Origin: Octopus vulgaris
Lineage: Eukaryota
Reading direction: 5' to 3'
NCBI GenBank assembly: GCA_951406725.2
Contig: OX597832.1
Coordinates: 52,390,001-52,454,000, forward strand
Length of the DNA stretch: 64,000 nt
This document shows, piece by piece, positions 25,726 to 38,870 of this stretch. The first letter of the stretch is position 1, and every line of letters begins with the position of its first letter. The notes beneath the pieces are model-generated. The model was not told where the DNA came from. It did no database searches and saw nothing but the letters and a program-made list of their open reading frames with translations. Both the position numbers and the translations under genes were made by a program.

Positions 25726-27330
25726 TCAATTCATATTGAATTCCGTCCAAGATCTTCTGTCTAGCTTTGCTAATTCAGATTTTGTCCAAAATACAAAAGC
25801 TACCGAGTATCTGAGTAATGATACTGCCCAAGTATCTACAGCTTTCACTAGATTCGCACCATTTTGCTTTGACTTCATTAGCTTCCTCACCCTTCTGATG
25901 TACTCCTCAACTTTCGTTTTCATTTCTATAGTTAGTGCTCTGTTAGATTGTAATACTCCTAGATACTTATAACTCTCTCCTCCTTTCAATGATTCTAATG
26001 TGTGGTCATCTGGTAATTGGATGCCTACGCTGTTGACTAACCGTCCCCTTTTCATGACTAATATTACACATTTATTTATGCTAAATTCCATGCCTACATC
26101 TTTGCTGAAGAGTCTTACAGTCCGTATTAAAGAATCTATCTCTTTTTCATTCTTACTAAAAAGCTTCAGATCATCCATGTAGAGTAAATAGTGAATTTTC
26201 CCCTTACTATTTCTGAACTGATACCCTGCCTTTGCCTTCCTTAATACTAAACTGAGGAGGAACAAACTTAAGACAAATATTAAAGGGGACGAGTCAACTT
26301 ACCCCAAGAATGTGTCCCCTGAGTAGAGATCTACTTTCTATTTCTTCATGCTAAAGCTAATTGATTCTCTTAGGTTGCCTGTAATACTGAATATACTCAA
26401 ACATTTACTTATCCATGAATGTAGGATTATGTCACAAGCTTTTTTTGTAATCTATCCATGCTATTGTTAGATTTTTCTTTCTAGTTTTTATTTCATTTAG
26501 AACTGCTTTGTCTATGTATAATAGATCACACATTCCACTAGCCTTCTTTCTGTTCTTCTTGCAATAAATGCTGGTTGCCAAGGTACTCATAAATGCTTTC
26601 TGAAAGCATTCCTGTTATCAGCTTCCACACTAATGGTAAGCAAGTGATTGGTCTATAGTTGCTAGCTGTATTACCCTTGCTCTTATCTTCCATAATGTGT
26701 ATTGTCCTCCCTCTAGTATTATTCCTCCATTAAGGTAATCCTGATGTTGTTCCTTCAGCATCCCATGTAAATCACTAAATTTCTTTAGCTAGTACCCTTG
26801 AACTAAATCTGGTCCTGGGCCCTTCCAATTCAGCATTTTTCCTAACACTTTACTCATCAATACACAAGTCAGTCTTAGATCTGGCTGCTTCTCACTCACT
26901 ATTTGTTCTCTCACTTTCTTTAACCATACTGTATTTCCATTATGATTGACTGGCTTATCCCGTATATTACTCCAGAACTTTCTAGCTTCTTCTGCATTAG
27001 GTTTCTCATCTCCAGTACTTCGTTTCCTACTGTTTATTTGGTTATAAAATCTCTGATCTGTCTCAAATAATCTATTCTGTTGTTACTGATCTATTCTTTT
27101 CTGATATCTGGAGAGCTTGCCTGCTACTGCTATGATACGCTGTTTCAACTCTTCTATTACTGTCCCAAGTCCTTTCTTTTTGACTAAGTATCTTTTCTCA
27201 AGGGAAGATTTGCCTCTTGTGTTTCATTACTTGTTCAGTTTCCAGGTTTCTATTCTACTCAGATCTTGTCTTAAAGTCTTCCCTTTATTCTGTACTCTCC
27301 TTTTCCACATTTTCTCATTTTAAATATTTC
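25726..27330 (-). mobile_element. R4/Dong-like non-LTR retrotransposon RT remnant
   Basis: HYLLYMDDLKLFSKNEKEIDSL...GMEFSINKC...YKYLGV; upstream degenerate RT motifs (NWKGPGPD, NYRPITCL). Confidence 0.8.
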
Positions 27331-27785
27331 CTTTTATTCTTTTGTTCACATCTGCCACTCACTGCTTGAAGCTTCCAAAATTCCTAGGCACACACACTCT
27401 CTATCTAGGGGCTTCCTGATCTAGCTCCACTATTTGTGCCATGGTAAATCCTGCATCGAAAAAAATCGGTGTTGTCCCCTTCTTTAAGCAAATATTCTGT
27501 TTCATGATTAAGTCCGACATAGTTAATATCTCGACTTAGACGGATTTAAATACCCCCATGTATTTGACTTATTTATATTTACATTATTTTATTATTTTCA
27601 ATTTTTTTAATTTAATGTCTCTGCGTATTTTAATAAACTCTATTGTATTCCCTATAAACTTTCATGTCGCCTTCATTATTTCTATCATTCTGGCTCTATC
27701 GTTCGATTTTTATGATTAAAATAAGTCAAAAACACCGAGACGTGTCCAAAATTTCTGAACATTGTTGAACGAGGGGAGTTTTATG

Positions 27786-28165
27786 GAGGCGCAATGGCCC
27801 AGTGGTTAGGGCAGCGGACTCGCGGTCATAAAATCGCGGTTTCGATTCCCAGACCGGGCGTTGTGAGTGTTTATTGAGCGAAAACACCTAAAAGCTCCAC
27901 GAGGCTCCGGCAGGGGATGGTGGTGATCCCTGCTGTACTCTTTCACCAGAACTTTCTCTCACTTCCTGTTTCTGTTGTACCTGTATTTCAAAGGGCCGGC
28001 CTTGTCACTCTCTGTGTCACGCTGAATATCCCCGAGAACTACGTTTAGGGTACACGTGTCTGTGGAGTGCTCAGCCACTTACACGTTAATTTCACGAGCA
28101 GGCTGTTCCATTGATTCGGATCAACCGGAACCCTCGTCGTCGTAACCGACGGAGTGCTTCCATTC
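27786..28165 (+). mobile_element. tRNA-derived SINE, family C; related copies at 46427-46640 and 43670-43990(-)
   Basis: tRNA-like head ggcgcaatggcccagtggttaggg...ggtttcgattccc followed by a shared body. Confidence 0.7.
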
Positions 28166-28917
28166 CATTCCATGCTTGCTGACTAAATTTTTTTGAACTG
28201 AGCGAAAAGAACTCAACTGTAAATGTATTTTTCTTGGATGATTTTAGAAAGTAGTGCCGCTGAACCACAGTAAAATAATCTGGAAAGAGAGATGAATCGA
28301 AGAGCAAAATAATCCATCAAGCCATCCACCTTCTTCGCTCACTGAGAGGGTCGTAGAGGTAGTCCTCAGACGCTTCCTCCATTGGGTCCTACCAGAAGCA
28401 ACCATCATTACACTTTCTGGCTGGATTCCCAAGCATGACCAACTGAAACTATTGATATTATTCAACCATCTGGTTCTTGGTTTACCACTTGGCCTCCTCT
28501 CATTTGGCTCGGTTTGAAGAATCAGTCTTGCAATTCTTCCTTTTTGCTTTCTAATCATTTGTCCGTAGTACCAGAGTTGTATTTTCTCCGAAAGTAGTGA
28601 TAGAGTATGTATATTATTTCTTTTTTTAGTTGATATACAATTACCCATACCCTATTAAAGTGGATCTTAAGCGGGGCACCGAAGAAATGGTAAATTGTTT
28701 ATGGCAAACACGATTTCACTTTAAACTTACTCTGTTGCTTGTTTCAGTCATTTGATTGCGGCCATGCTGGAGCACCGGCTTTAGTCGAGTAAATCGACCC
28801 CAGAACTTATTCTTTGTAAGCCTAGTACTTATTCTATCGGTCTCTTTTGCCGATCCGCTAAGTTACGGTGACGTAAACACACCACCATCGGTTGTCAAGC
28901 GATGTTGAGGGGGACAA

Positions 28918-28952
<35 letters not shown>

Positions 28953-29849
28953 CAATATATACGATGGGTTTCTTTCAGTTTCCGCCTACCAAATCCACTC
29001 ACAAGGCTTAGGTCGGCCCGAGGCTATAGTAGAAGACACTTGCCCAAGGTGCCACGCAGTGGGACTGAACTCGGAACCATGTGGTTGGTAAGCAAGCTAC
29101 TTACCACACAGCCACTCCTGCGCCTATGTATTGCTAAAATAATATTCGAAGTTTCTTTATATGATCGGAAATGTAATTCCGAAGTGTTCATTTTGTCATA
29201 GTGAGGATATGGTCAAAAACTTTGCGATAAAAAAAAAGGAGAAAACCTTTCAAATATAATAAAGCGGAAGTATAAAAAAAAAAAATAAACACCATTTTCC
29301 ATTTCATTGTGTTAGCTTTGTTTCATTTTGAAAACTAAAAACTCATTTTATTACTTATTATTGTTTTTATTTTTATTTATATATATATATGGGTGCGCCA
29401 AAATCTTTTAAGTGCTTAGGGCCTCTATGGGTCTTAATCCGGCCCTGGCTGTGCCATTGATATGAAGAGTATAAAATTACAAGACATAGAATATAGTATC
29501 TTCGTGACGTCCACGTGACTGTAGATGTAAATAATATTAGCAGAATGCTTGGAATTTCTAGAGTTTGGTGACTTTAAACTGTTTCCTTCACGAGCAAGGA
29601 GGATGAGGTGTGACAACGCCATCGTGTGATGTGTATTGTGTGTATTTTTGTCAAGATGTAATGGTGAGATGTGCGCGTACACATTATGCATGCGAATTTA
29701 TATCTATATAAATCGCTCAGATTCTTATGTAAAAATATTTTGTATTTTTATTCGTTGTTGTGTCCATTTAAATTGTATTTATTTTGTTATTATTTATTTT
29801 GGGTTTATGGCCAACACAGTCACACATTTTTTCTTCTTTCCATTTTTAG

Positions 29850-30775
29850 GTGCTAGCTTGAATTCTTCGAAGGGAAGCTCGAGTCGTTCAGATTCTAGCT
29901 CCGAAGCCGCAAGTATAATCACTACCGAAATTTATGAATCATTTCTACCTTTTGAAGTTAAAATATTCGCCGACAGCAGCCAAATCAATATGCTTAATAC
30001 ACTGTATCGGCCGCTAATAAACCTTCTTGATTCTGACCTACATATCATAAAAATATCAGATAATAGAAGTCCTCGTTGTTCTGAGACTAATTCACTGAAA
30101 AAGCAAGATTATCTCCGCCATGTTTTTGTGCCCAGTTTTTCGATTTTGATTTTTTTACTCGAGGACGGATTGCTTACTCAGCAAAGATTTTCGGAAGCTC
30201 AGTTTTACTTTCAACAGAAACCTTGGAAATTTTATCATCGATCACGAATAGACAAAAGAAAAGCAATAGAATTTTGTTCCGATAATATGCAGGAATTCTA
30301 TGGTACTTCAAAAGGTTATCCTCTCTGGGGAATTCGTCGCGTACATTATGGAAAAGAGCATTTGCGATTTATGTTATTTGTCAGCTGCGACAATTGGCTT
30401 GCGATGGTGAGCTTTTACAAAGTTCTTATGAATTCAGCTCCTGAATACGAACAAGATGACTTCTGTATGTTCACAGTGGACAACCAAGAACATTATGACG
30501 TACAGTTTGTTCTCAAACAACTGCCTCCACATATTATTCCCGAACCATTATATTTCGTTGAACTTGAATTTCAGATATCTGATATTGGCATTCTGATGCC
30601 ACATTTTCCAAACGTTTGTAAACCAATGTCTGGTCATAAATGGTGCACATCGGATCATGACGGAAATCCCCTTATAATGAGCTTAAAACCGAGACTACAA
30701 TGTTCACCCCAGACGTCTATGAAACGAAATTCACCCGAATATTTGTCAGCCGCTAACAAAGTGTTTTTCGTGTGA
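29850..30775 (+). CDS. FAM124: FAM124-family protein, large last coding exon
   Basis: Acceptor ttctttccatttttag|. Motifs PWKFYH, QEFY...PLWGIRRVHYGKEHLRF, DFCMF, VQFVLKQLP, LEFQISDIGILMPHFPNVCKPMS..W.TSDHDGN match the FAM124 domain; stop at 30773-30775. Confidence 0.88.
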
Positions 30776-32344
30776 AAAACTCAAACGCGCCAAATTCCTA
30801 ACAGTTATAACACAAAAACATCTAACTTATCTCGAAGAAGCGATTGTTCATTATGTTTTACCGGCAATAATGTGTATACAGATGGAGTCTCCAGAGAAGA
30901 ATCGAACCAGGTACTAATGGAATGTCTTTAAGATCTTTATTCGTTTTTTTACAAAGAACAGTTAAGATTTTGATGTTCGTATATGACCTACTTTTTATTG
31001 AATGTATTTCGGAAAAGTCAAACCTTATGGTTGAATGTATTATATGTATATAAGAGGACTATTATTAATGATAAATATACCGTTCAAACTAAGCAGAAAA
31101 TCTGTTATTACTGAACTGAGCGTTAATACAGAAATAATATTCTCACAAATCTAAGACAATGGCTAAGATGGACCAAGAATAACAAATATGTTTAGTGTAC
31201 ATTCATGAAGAGCTATTGAGTACTTAGTTGAGATATACCTTTACAGAACAATTCCAGTGGATTTGGTAGACGGAAACTGAAAAGAAGCCCGTCGTATATA
31301 TGTATATGTATATATATATGTGTGTGTGTGTTTGTGTGTCTGTGTTTGTCCCCTCAACATCGCTTGACAACCGATGCTGGTGTGTTTACTCCCCCCCGTA
31401 ACTTAGCGGTTCGGCATAAAAACCGATAGAATAAGTACCAGGCTTACAAAGAATAAGTCCTGGGGTCGATTTACTCGACTAAAGGCGGTGCTCCAGCATG
31501 GCCACAGTCAAATGACTGAAACAAGTAAAAGAGTAAAAGAGAGTAAAAAATAGGGCGCATGACACAAAGAGAACTTACAAAAAAATTAATAAATAAGCAC
31601 CGGAAGTGGAGAGTAGCATTTGTTATTGAGTAATAGTTTGTGCGCAGGTGTTGAAGACTATTACATGTCTCAGAATCATATTATTGCCAGTTTGGAAATC
31701 TAATTCTCTGTAATTTATATATGTATTTTATGGCTTATGTCTTTAAGGACGATCAGTGGGAAGATGAAAAGACAATTCCATTCTGGTTCTTAACAGGAAA
31801 CTATTTTCGGTGGACATGCATCAAATACAAACACCGGTAAAAAAAAATATGTAAAACAAGCAACACGGTGCCAACTGCATCCAGATTTCCGGACATTTTT
31901 TTTTTTTTTTTTCAACTAGATTCCAAGTAACGAAATAAACTTTAATATCATTTTTGATTACAACATTTCTGGAACTCAGAAAACATTTATAAAGAAATCA
32001 TTTATTTTCTCTTCGACTCTAGACACGATGTAAATCATTTCTGTAATGTTTGCAAATAATATATTTGCGAAATAGATTATAAATTTTATACCAAAACAAA
32101 CAAAAAAGAATTATACAAGCGCATTCATAAAACACGATTCATGCATCCATAAATATTCATGCGTATGTATATGAGCATAGGTGTTTACATACTTATACAT
32201 AAACGCACACAATATCTATACACATATCTATACACTTATTACCAAATTTCCGCTATTTTAATGCTAAATCGTTATTCAGAAAAAGCGGAACAAAGTCATT
32301 GTCATCAGAAAATGCGGAACAAAATCATATTTCATGAACAAAAT

Positions 32345-32701
32345 TTATTTCAAGGACTTTCCTTTAGGTTTAGAAAGATTAGATATTTCCTCCGAAGGTT
32401 TTCGAGATTTAGCTAGTCTTGTTTTAGTCAGTTTTGTATAAACGAACCTTCTAGGATTTGGTGGCCGCAGGCTGCCTTTACAATCTATACAAAAGCAGAA
32501 AAAATCGCACTGCTTCATGTAATATTTGCAGTATTTGATACAATGGTCGAAGCTGTGCTTCAGATGTGTGAAACATTGCTTGAAGCAGGAGAGGGAAAAA
32601 TTACCGCACGCAATGGAACAATCTGCATTTTCTTTGAAGCTCATGTAAGCAGAAGACGACAGGTACGGAAATGTAAAGAGAAGTAGTAATATTTCGGCTT
32701 T
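32345..32701 (-). CDS. Main exon of a predicted secreted cysteine-rich peptide
   Basis: Acceptor ttcttttatttcag|, then KAEILLLLFTFPYLSSSA-YMSFKENADCSIACGNFSLSCFKQCFTHLKHSFDHCIKYCKYYMKQCDFFCFCIDCKGSLRPPNPRR...*; hydrophobic signal-like segment and 10 Cys. Confidence 0.65.
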   Translation of the reverse strand, partial: KAEILLLLFTFPYLSSSAYMSFKENADCSIACGNFSLSCFKQCFTHLKHSFDHCIKYCKYYMKQCDFFCFCIDCKGSLRPPNPRRFVYTKLTKTRLAKSRKPSEEISNLSKPKGKSLK

Positions 32702-32880
32702 CTGAAATAAAAAGAAATATATAGAAAATATATAAGATTAAATATTTCAAGGTCGCTGTGAAAATTATTGAATGGAATTTTATAAGTGAAGAAAAATTAA
32801 GCATTTAAGAAGAAATCATCGTTTATAAATTCATATGAAACTATACACAGACTATCACACGAGGTTTCATATGAAATAAC

Positions 32881-32919
<39 letters not shown>

Positions 32920-33588
32920 ATTATTATCATCATCATTCTTCTTCTTCTTCTTCTTCTTCTTCTTATTATTATTATTATTATACATACATAATAATAATAA
33001 TGATAATAATAATAATAACAACAATAAGTAGGTGTAAACACATGAACAAAATAAAAATAAACAAAGACAAATTACACAAACGTATATAAACAGGAGATAC
33101 AAATATTACAGACACTTCCCCCCACCACACACACACTAACTAAACATAGACACACATAGAGGTATACGCATGCGAAAATGAAGACACATACAATAGAAAT
33201 ACAAAATACAAAATGGCTGACCGTTAGTAAGGAGAGACACACAAATAAGAAAGAAGAAAGCAAAGGACCACTGATGAGGTCACAGGAGTGTGACGAAAGA
33301 ACTCTGGCCGAAATAAGATTAAGATTAATGTAAAAAATAAATAACGCTGAAGCAAAGTAACACCAAATATATAGTGCGTGTGGCAAAATGACCATTCCTA
33401 AATACAACAATAACTTGTGAATAATTTCATTTTAATAAACGGGGAAAACTAACACAATTTCAAAAGATTCTTTGTTTCTATGCTGAGGCGAAGATTTGAT
33501 GAAGCTTCAAATCATTTATGTACAAACATATTTTTTAAAGGAGAATGGAACAGATTTTTTAAATTCGATTTGTCGTAAGGCAAGTCAT

Positions 33589-34006
33589 AGATCTTTTCGG
33601 TTTGACCGGCAGTTTTTAAAAATAATTTCCACGTAACTAAACACTTTTAAACTTCGTATACTGGTAGAATGTGTTTATAAAACACCTTTTTCTCTTGGCT
33701 TTATTGAGAAAATTCTATAGTTTGTAAGATATTTGTTGTTGTCTTTTCTTCAATTTCTGCAATTTCAACCAATCAATGACGTCTATTGAGGTGAAAACAT
33801 TCTGTGCCGTATGAATATGTCCCTCGTTTAAGAAACAGATTGGGTTTATTTACGTTTGTGAAGAAAAAAGATACCCTTCCCCCCACCCCTAACCGTAACT
33901 CTAATACAGATTGAAATGTAATAGATCGATTCTAGGGTCATAATTATGGGTGACAATTTCATATGACACCGCTAGAAAAAAACTGCCGTTCAAACCGAAA
34001 AGATCC
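33589..34006. mobile_element. Merlin-like MITE, copy 2
   Basis: Same TIRs; 8-bp TSD CAAGTCAT / CAAGTCAC. Confidence 0.85.
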
Positions 34007-34573
34007 CAAGTCACTAATAAATATAAATAATGTACAATAAATAATAAAGTGAACTAAAAGAGGAAACAGGTTCTGAAGGGCTTACGCAAAAAAAAAATCT
34101 TTATTTAATTTCTTTCTTGGTTATGGAAAGAAGACTAATACCTGGTGGTAATTATTAGCGACTCTTATAAAAGGGAGATAATTTAAAGAAATAATGTTTG
34201 ATCGGACTACATTGCTCTGATGATGTCTGATAGATCGAAACAAGTCCCTAGTTATCACCCTTGCCAGTTAACAAAGATTTCCCATTCTTTGCTTTAAGAA
34301 ATTAATTCATACTTAAAATTATCTCTTTTTCGTTCTAATTGCCACTAGAGGAGTTTTTGTTTTTTTTCAACTAAGAAGGGCTTTCAATTAATTAAGAATA
34401 CTTTGTGAACTTCATTCAATACATCACCTCTTAATTATCCAAATTTATGTCATTAGCCCGTCTTAGCTATTTCCCTTCGTTTTATTATTAACTATGCAAA
34501 CTATACTGGCTAAAACTATTCCCATATATCAAATGATTGATAGGTTTGCAGCAGGTCAATGAACTGGAATGTG

Positions 34574-34771
34574 AAGGACCCCTTATTAACTCATGCAGTG
34601 GAGTTAGGGATCATTCAAGACTTATTCCAAGTAGTTCTTGCTCTTACCATTCAAAGATTCCAGGATCTCGGTAAGGATCCCTTATTAACTCATGCAGTGG
34701 AGTTAGGGATCATTCAAGAGTTATTCCAAGTAGTTCTTCTTCTTACCATTCAAAGATTCCAGGATCTCGGT
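34574..34771. repeat. 99-bp tandem duplication
   Basis: Units at 34574-34672 and 34673-34771 differ by only a few substitutions. Confidence 0.95.
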
Positions 34772-34773
34772 AT
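34747..34773 (-). CDS. 27-nt exon supplying the ATG of the Cys-rich peptide gene
   Basis: Minus: ttttacaatatag|ATACCGAGATCCTGGAATCTTTGA-ATG|gtaaga. In-frame stop just before the ATG; phase 0 fits the exon at 32701. Confidence 0.55.
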
Positions 34774-35033
34774 CTATATTGTAAAACAGAAATTTTGTGC
34801 GACATCCAGCTCATCTCTATCTTTTCATTGTCGGAAAGGGACGGGTTTGAAGCTTTATTCTAAGAGATCGATAAACGATTGGTTTTTGTGGTTCTTTCTT
34901 GTTTTGTAAAATTAAGCCTGTTCTTGACGATGAGTTCTATATTTGACTCTGATGTCGAGCACGGGATGATCGGGCAACGATCTGTTTAGCCATCAACACC
35001 ACACAAAGATGTGACAATTCAAATATTTTTTAC

Positions 35034-35084
35034 CTGTACGTCTCTTCTTGATTTTGATGAAGTTAATGAGATGCTAGTAACTGA
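35034..35084 (-). promoter_or_regulatory. Candidate Inr/TSS and non-coding exon 1 of the Cys-rich peptide gene
   Basis: TCAGTT initiator (minus, 35079-35084), ATG-free exon, CAG|gtaaaa donor at 35034/35033. Confidence 0.35.
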
Positions 35085-35524
35085 ACAGTAACATCTCAAT
35101 GATTACGCCAATAACATTGATTAGATACCAGCATACGACCGATAACGAAAGAGTTAAAACTGTACTATCAAGATTAACCAACAGCTTATGGAAATATGGT
35201 AGCTAGCATCTAACCAAACACGCTAGCCAAAAGCTTATGGAAATATGGTGTAGCAGTCTCGTCCATTGATTAATACAATCATTATAATTATCTTACACCG
35301 CATATGCCGGTGTATAAGACGCGCTTTTTTTTATTCGCAAATCAAGAAAAAAATTGGCGTGCGTCTAATGTAACCGTATTAAGGATGTGATACCCAGTGT
35401 ATGAGAGAATATAGTGAAACATAAAATCTATTTTTCCTCACAAATGTCGGGGTTTGTCTTATGCGAAAGGTGTTTTATATACCAGCAAAAAACGCTGTCT
35501 TCAGCAAAACAAAATCTAAGCATT

Positions 35525-35579
<55 letters not shown>

Positions 35580-35599
35580 TTCTGAAAGTATTGTTTCAA

Positions 35600-37150
35600 G
35601 AATAAGAATTGTATGGAGGAAGTTCAGAGAGCTATTCCCTTTGTTGGCAGCAAAAGGACTCTCTCTCTCCCTCTCAGAGTGGAAAGTAGACTGTATGATG
35701 CTTGTGAGAGAACGGCTATACTCTGCGGTAGTGAGACATGGGCTCTGAATGCAGAAGACATGCGTAGACTGGAGAGAAATGAAGTTAGTATGCTCCGTTG
35801 GATGTACAACATCATTGCGCATGTGCGACAAAGTGCAAATGTATTGAGAGAGAAGTTAGGCATAAGTGGAATCAAACGTAATATGCCAGAGAGAAGACTA
35901 TGTTGGTTTGGACATGTGATGTGTATGAATGAGGACAGCTGCATAAAGAAATGCCGATCACTGAAAATGGATGGTACCCGCGGAAGAGGGTGATCCAGGA
36001 AAACGTGGATGAAGTGGTAAGGACCGATCTCAAAGATGTTGGGCCTCGCGGAGGAAATGTCAACGGAGCTAGATGTCTGGCGATATGAGGTTCTTGACAA
36101 GACCCGCCCACGTCAGCGAAACTCAGTTCCAGAAGCACTGTGTGTGTCCCACCCACACTTAACAAGAAAACTTCTCACACCCCCTACCACAACAAATGAA
36201 ACTACATCTCTTCCTTTCCTCGCATTTCCCCTTTATGCACTATGCTTACCTCCTATTCCCCAATCCTCTCTTGGCCCTGTCTCAATGATATCATCTGCTA
36301 GTTCGACTTGTGTGTTCCACCCACACATACCAAGAAAACTTTTCACTCACCCTATCCAAACAAACTAATGTACGTCTTCTCTTCCTCACATTTCCTCCTT
36401 CATACACTATGCCTACCTCTCACTCCCCAATCCTGTTCCTCTGTGTCATTGCTATCCGGTAGCACCCCCACCCCCGACCCTATACATACCCAAGCCCCCA
36501 CCCCGCCCGTCTATACCCCCTAATCACGCTTCCTCGCAATAACTTGCCACTTATATTATGACGTTCGAACCTCAAGGGTATACCCTGGCACTCTCTCTTC
36601 CTTTACTCACCATCCCATTTATTTTCTGATCCCCGTCCCTTTTGAGTATGCCCGGCACTTTGCCAATATCTCCATCCTGCTGTCTTCCACTCTCTCCTCC
36701 TGCACTTCCATCAGGTTTGGTAATCGTGTATTTCCTTTACGGAAGTGCACCTGTCTCTGTTTTCATTCCTGATCTCTCCCCACTTCTCTCTCTCTCTCTC
36801 TGGTCGAGTAACTTTGTACTTCCTCTACAGCAAGACACATGTTTCTGTCTCTCAGCCTCGCTATAACCTTTCATCATCTGACACAAGATCACCTTCTCCA
36901 ATGCCCCCACCCTTCTCAAAAGAGATTTTTTTTGTCTTGCAAGTACTTGGTAACCACGTCAGTGCAGGTGCCACTTAAAAGCACCCAGTCCACACTGTAA
37001 AATGGTTGGCATTTGGAAGGGCATCCAGCTGTAAACATCCTGCCAAAACAGTTGCAGAAGTCTGGTGTAAGCTTCTACCAAACCGTCCCACCCATGCCAG
37101 CATGGAAGGTGGACGTTAAGCGATGATGATGCTGATAATGATGATGATAT
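35600..37150 (+). mobile_element. RTE LINE 3' region and UTR
   Basis: LYDACERTAILCGSETWAL...RLERNEVSMLRWM...RRLCWFGHV...GTRGRG, ending in the (gat)n RTE tail. Confidence 0.8.
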
Positions 37151-37469
37151 GTATCATTTAATGTACACTGTGTTAAAATAAGAGCTACTAATGCTCTTTT
37201 GCTATTAAGACATGTGGTTAGGGCATGTTATAGAAACTAGCCTAACTACGTGTCTTAATAGCAAGAAACTATTAGTAGTTTTTAATGTGCATTATATAAT
37301 ATTTATCTCTCATTGGATGGAGTACATTTTTGTTGTTCTGACCTTAACAGTGAGCTATATATATATATACTCTAACAGTGGAGAGAACCTATGGAAGAAG
37401 TAGACCCAGGAGGACATGGGATGAGGTGTGTATATACAGGTATGTATATATATATACATAGATACGAAA

Positions 37470-38870
37470 CGGGAAAGATGACTATTTATAAATGACAAAA
37501 CTTTCTCAGGTGAAGAATGTACCCCACAACATAGGTTAGCAGTTAGCGACTTCAGGATCAGGGCTAAATGGCTGCCTAGAAGATGACCTGCATGGCAAAG
37601 AAGGGCCTAGAAGCTTAAGGTTCTTCTGAATGGACAGAAACTTTGAGACATATTACTTGAAGCTTTTGACGAAAAAAAGGAGGATATAGAATCACATAAT
37701 GTGGAAGACAATGGAAGGTTCTTACGGGACAACCTGTTGAGGGCTACTGACCAGATCTGCGACTGATGCAAAGTCCTTTCTCGACCTATAGTAACGTGGT
37801 GGTGGAACAGTGTATTTGACAGAGCCATTACGGAAAAGAAACAGGCATGGAAGGACTGGAAGAACGGTGGTCGCAGGGAACTGTATCAGATCGCTAGAAG
37901 GAAGCTAGGAGACAGGTTTACTTAGCCAGAGGGGAAGCAGATACGAAATGTTCTGCATCGTGAGGATCAGAGACTTGAAGTGTTTCGAATTGCAAGACAG
38001 TGTGTGAGAGAAAATCGCGATGTCATAGGAGGGAAATGTGTCCGCATGGATGATGCCTCACTCGCATTTAATGATGCTGCAAAGAGAGAGACTTGGAAAC
38101 GCCATTATGTAAGGTTGCTAAATAAAGAGAATGAATGGGAGAAAGAGAGTCTGCCAAATGTCGACCCAACAGAGGGACCAGTTATCTGAATTGTCAGTAC
38201 CTTGGCAGATAAAACAATTAATGGTATGAAGACAGGTAAAGGCGGCGAGCTGGCAGAAGCGTTAGCACGCTGGGCGAAATGCTCTGCGGTATTTCGTCTG
38301 TTGTTACGTTCTGAGTTCAAATTCCGCCGAGGTCGACTTTGCCTTTCATCCTTTCGGGGTCGATTAAATAAGTACCAGTTGAACACTGGGGTCGATATAA
38401 TCGACTTAATCCGTTTGTCTGTCCTTGTTTGTCCTCTCTGTGTTTAGCCCCTAGTGGGTAGTAAAGAAATAGGTATGAAGACAGGGAAAGCCCCTGGCCC
38501 ATCAGGAATCACTGCTGAGATGCTTAAAATATCTGGTGGTGTAGGCTATAGTCTAGTCACCCGTATAGTCAACCAATGACTGGTGTAACAGCACCATAGT
38601 CAACTGCTGCAAAGGTAAAAGTGGTGCATTAGATAGGAATACTTTCAGAGGTATCAAGTTGTTGGATCAGGTGATGAAACTCACGGAGAGGGTCATAGCC
38701 CAACTAATTAGGGAGAGGGTTAGTTTAGACGAGATGCAGTTTGGGTTTGTGCCAGGGAGAAGCACCACTGATACTATATTTCTGGTAAGACAGCTGCAGG
38801 AGAAATTCCTAGCCACAGATAAACCTTTGCATTGGCTTTCGATGACATGGAGAAAACCTTTGACAGGATG
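37470..38870 (+). mobile_element. RTE LINE ORF remnant interrupted by SINE B (38241-38471)
   Basis: GKAPGPSGITAEMLK, RGIKLLDQVMK, QFGFVPGRSTTDTIFLVRQLQEK; the SINE is flanked by TSD GGTATGAAGACAGG.AAAG. Confidence 0.85.

Noticed and set aside
27786-27860. tRNA-like sequence (also at 46427 and SINE A heads)
   Set aside because: Runs into a shared SINE body with no proper acceptor stem or terminator; a SINE head, not a tRNA gene.
29636-29849. N-terminal 71 aa of the 379-aa ORF
   Set aside because: Intron-like T-rich sequence upstream of a clear acceptor; starts at a non-ATG codon.
34205-34255. CUGAUGA...GAAAC hammerhead-like core
   Set aside because: Stem I or III partners could not be formed convincingly; at best degenerate.
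34559-34909. 116-aa plus-strand ORF with a 33-aa repeat
   Set aside because: By-product of the 99-bp duplication; no recognisable domain, and the minus-strand splice signals explain the region better.
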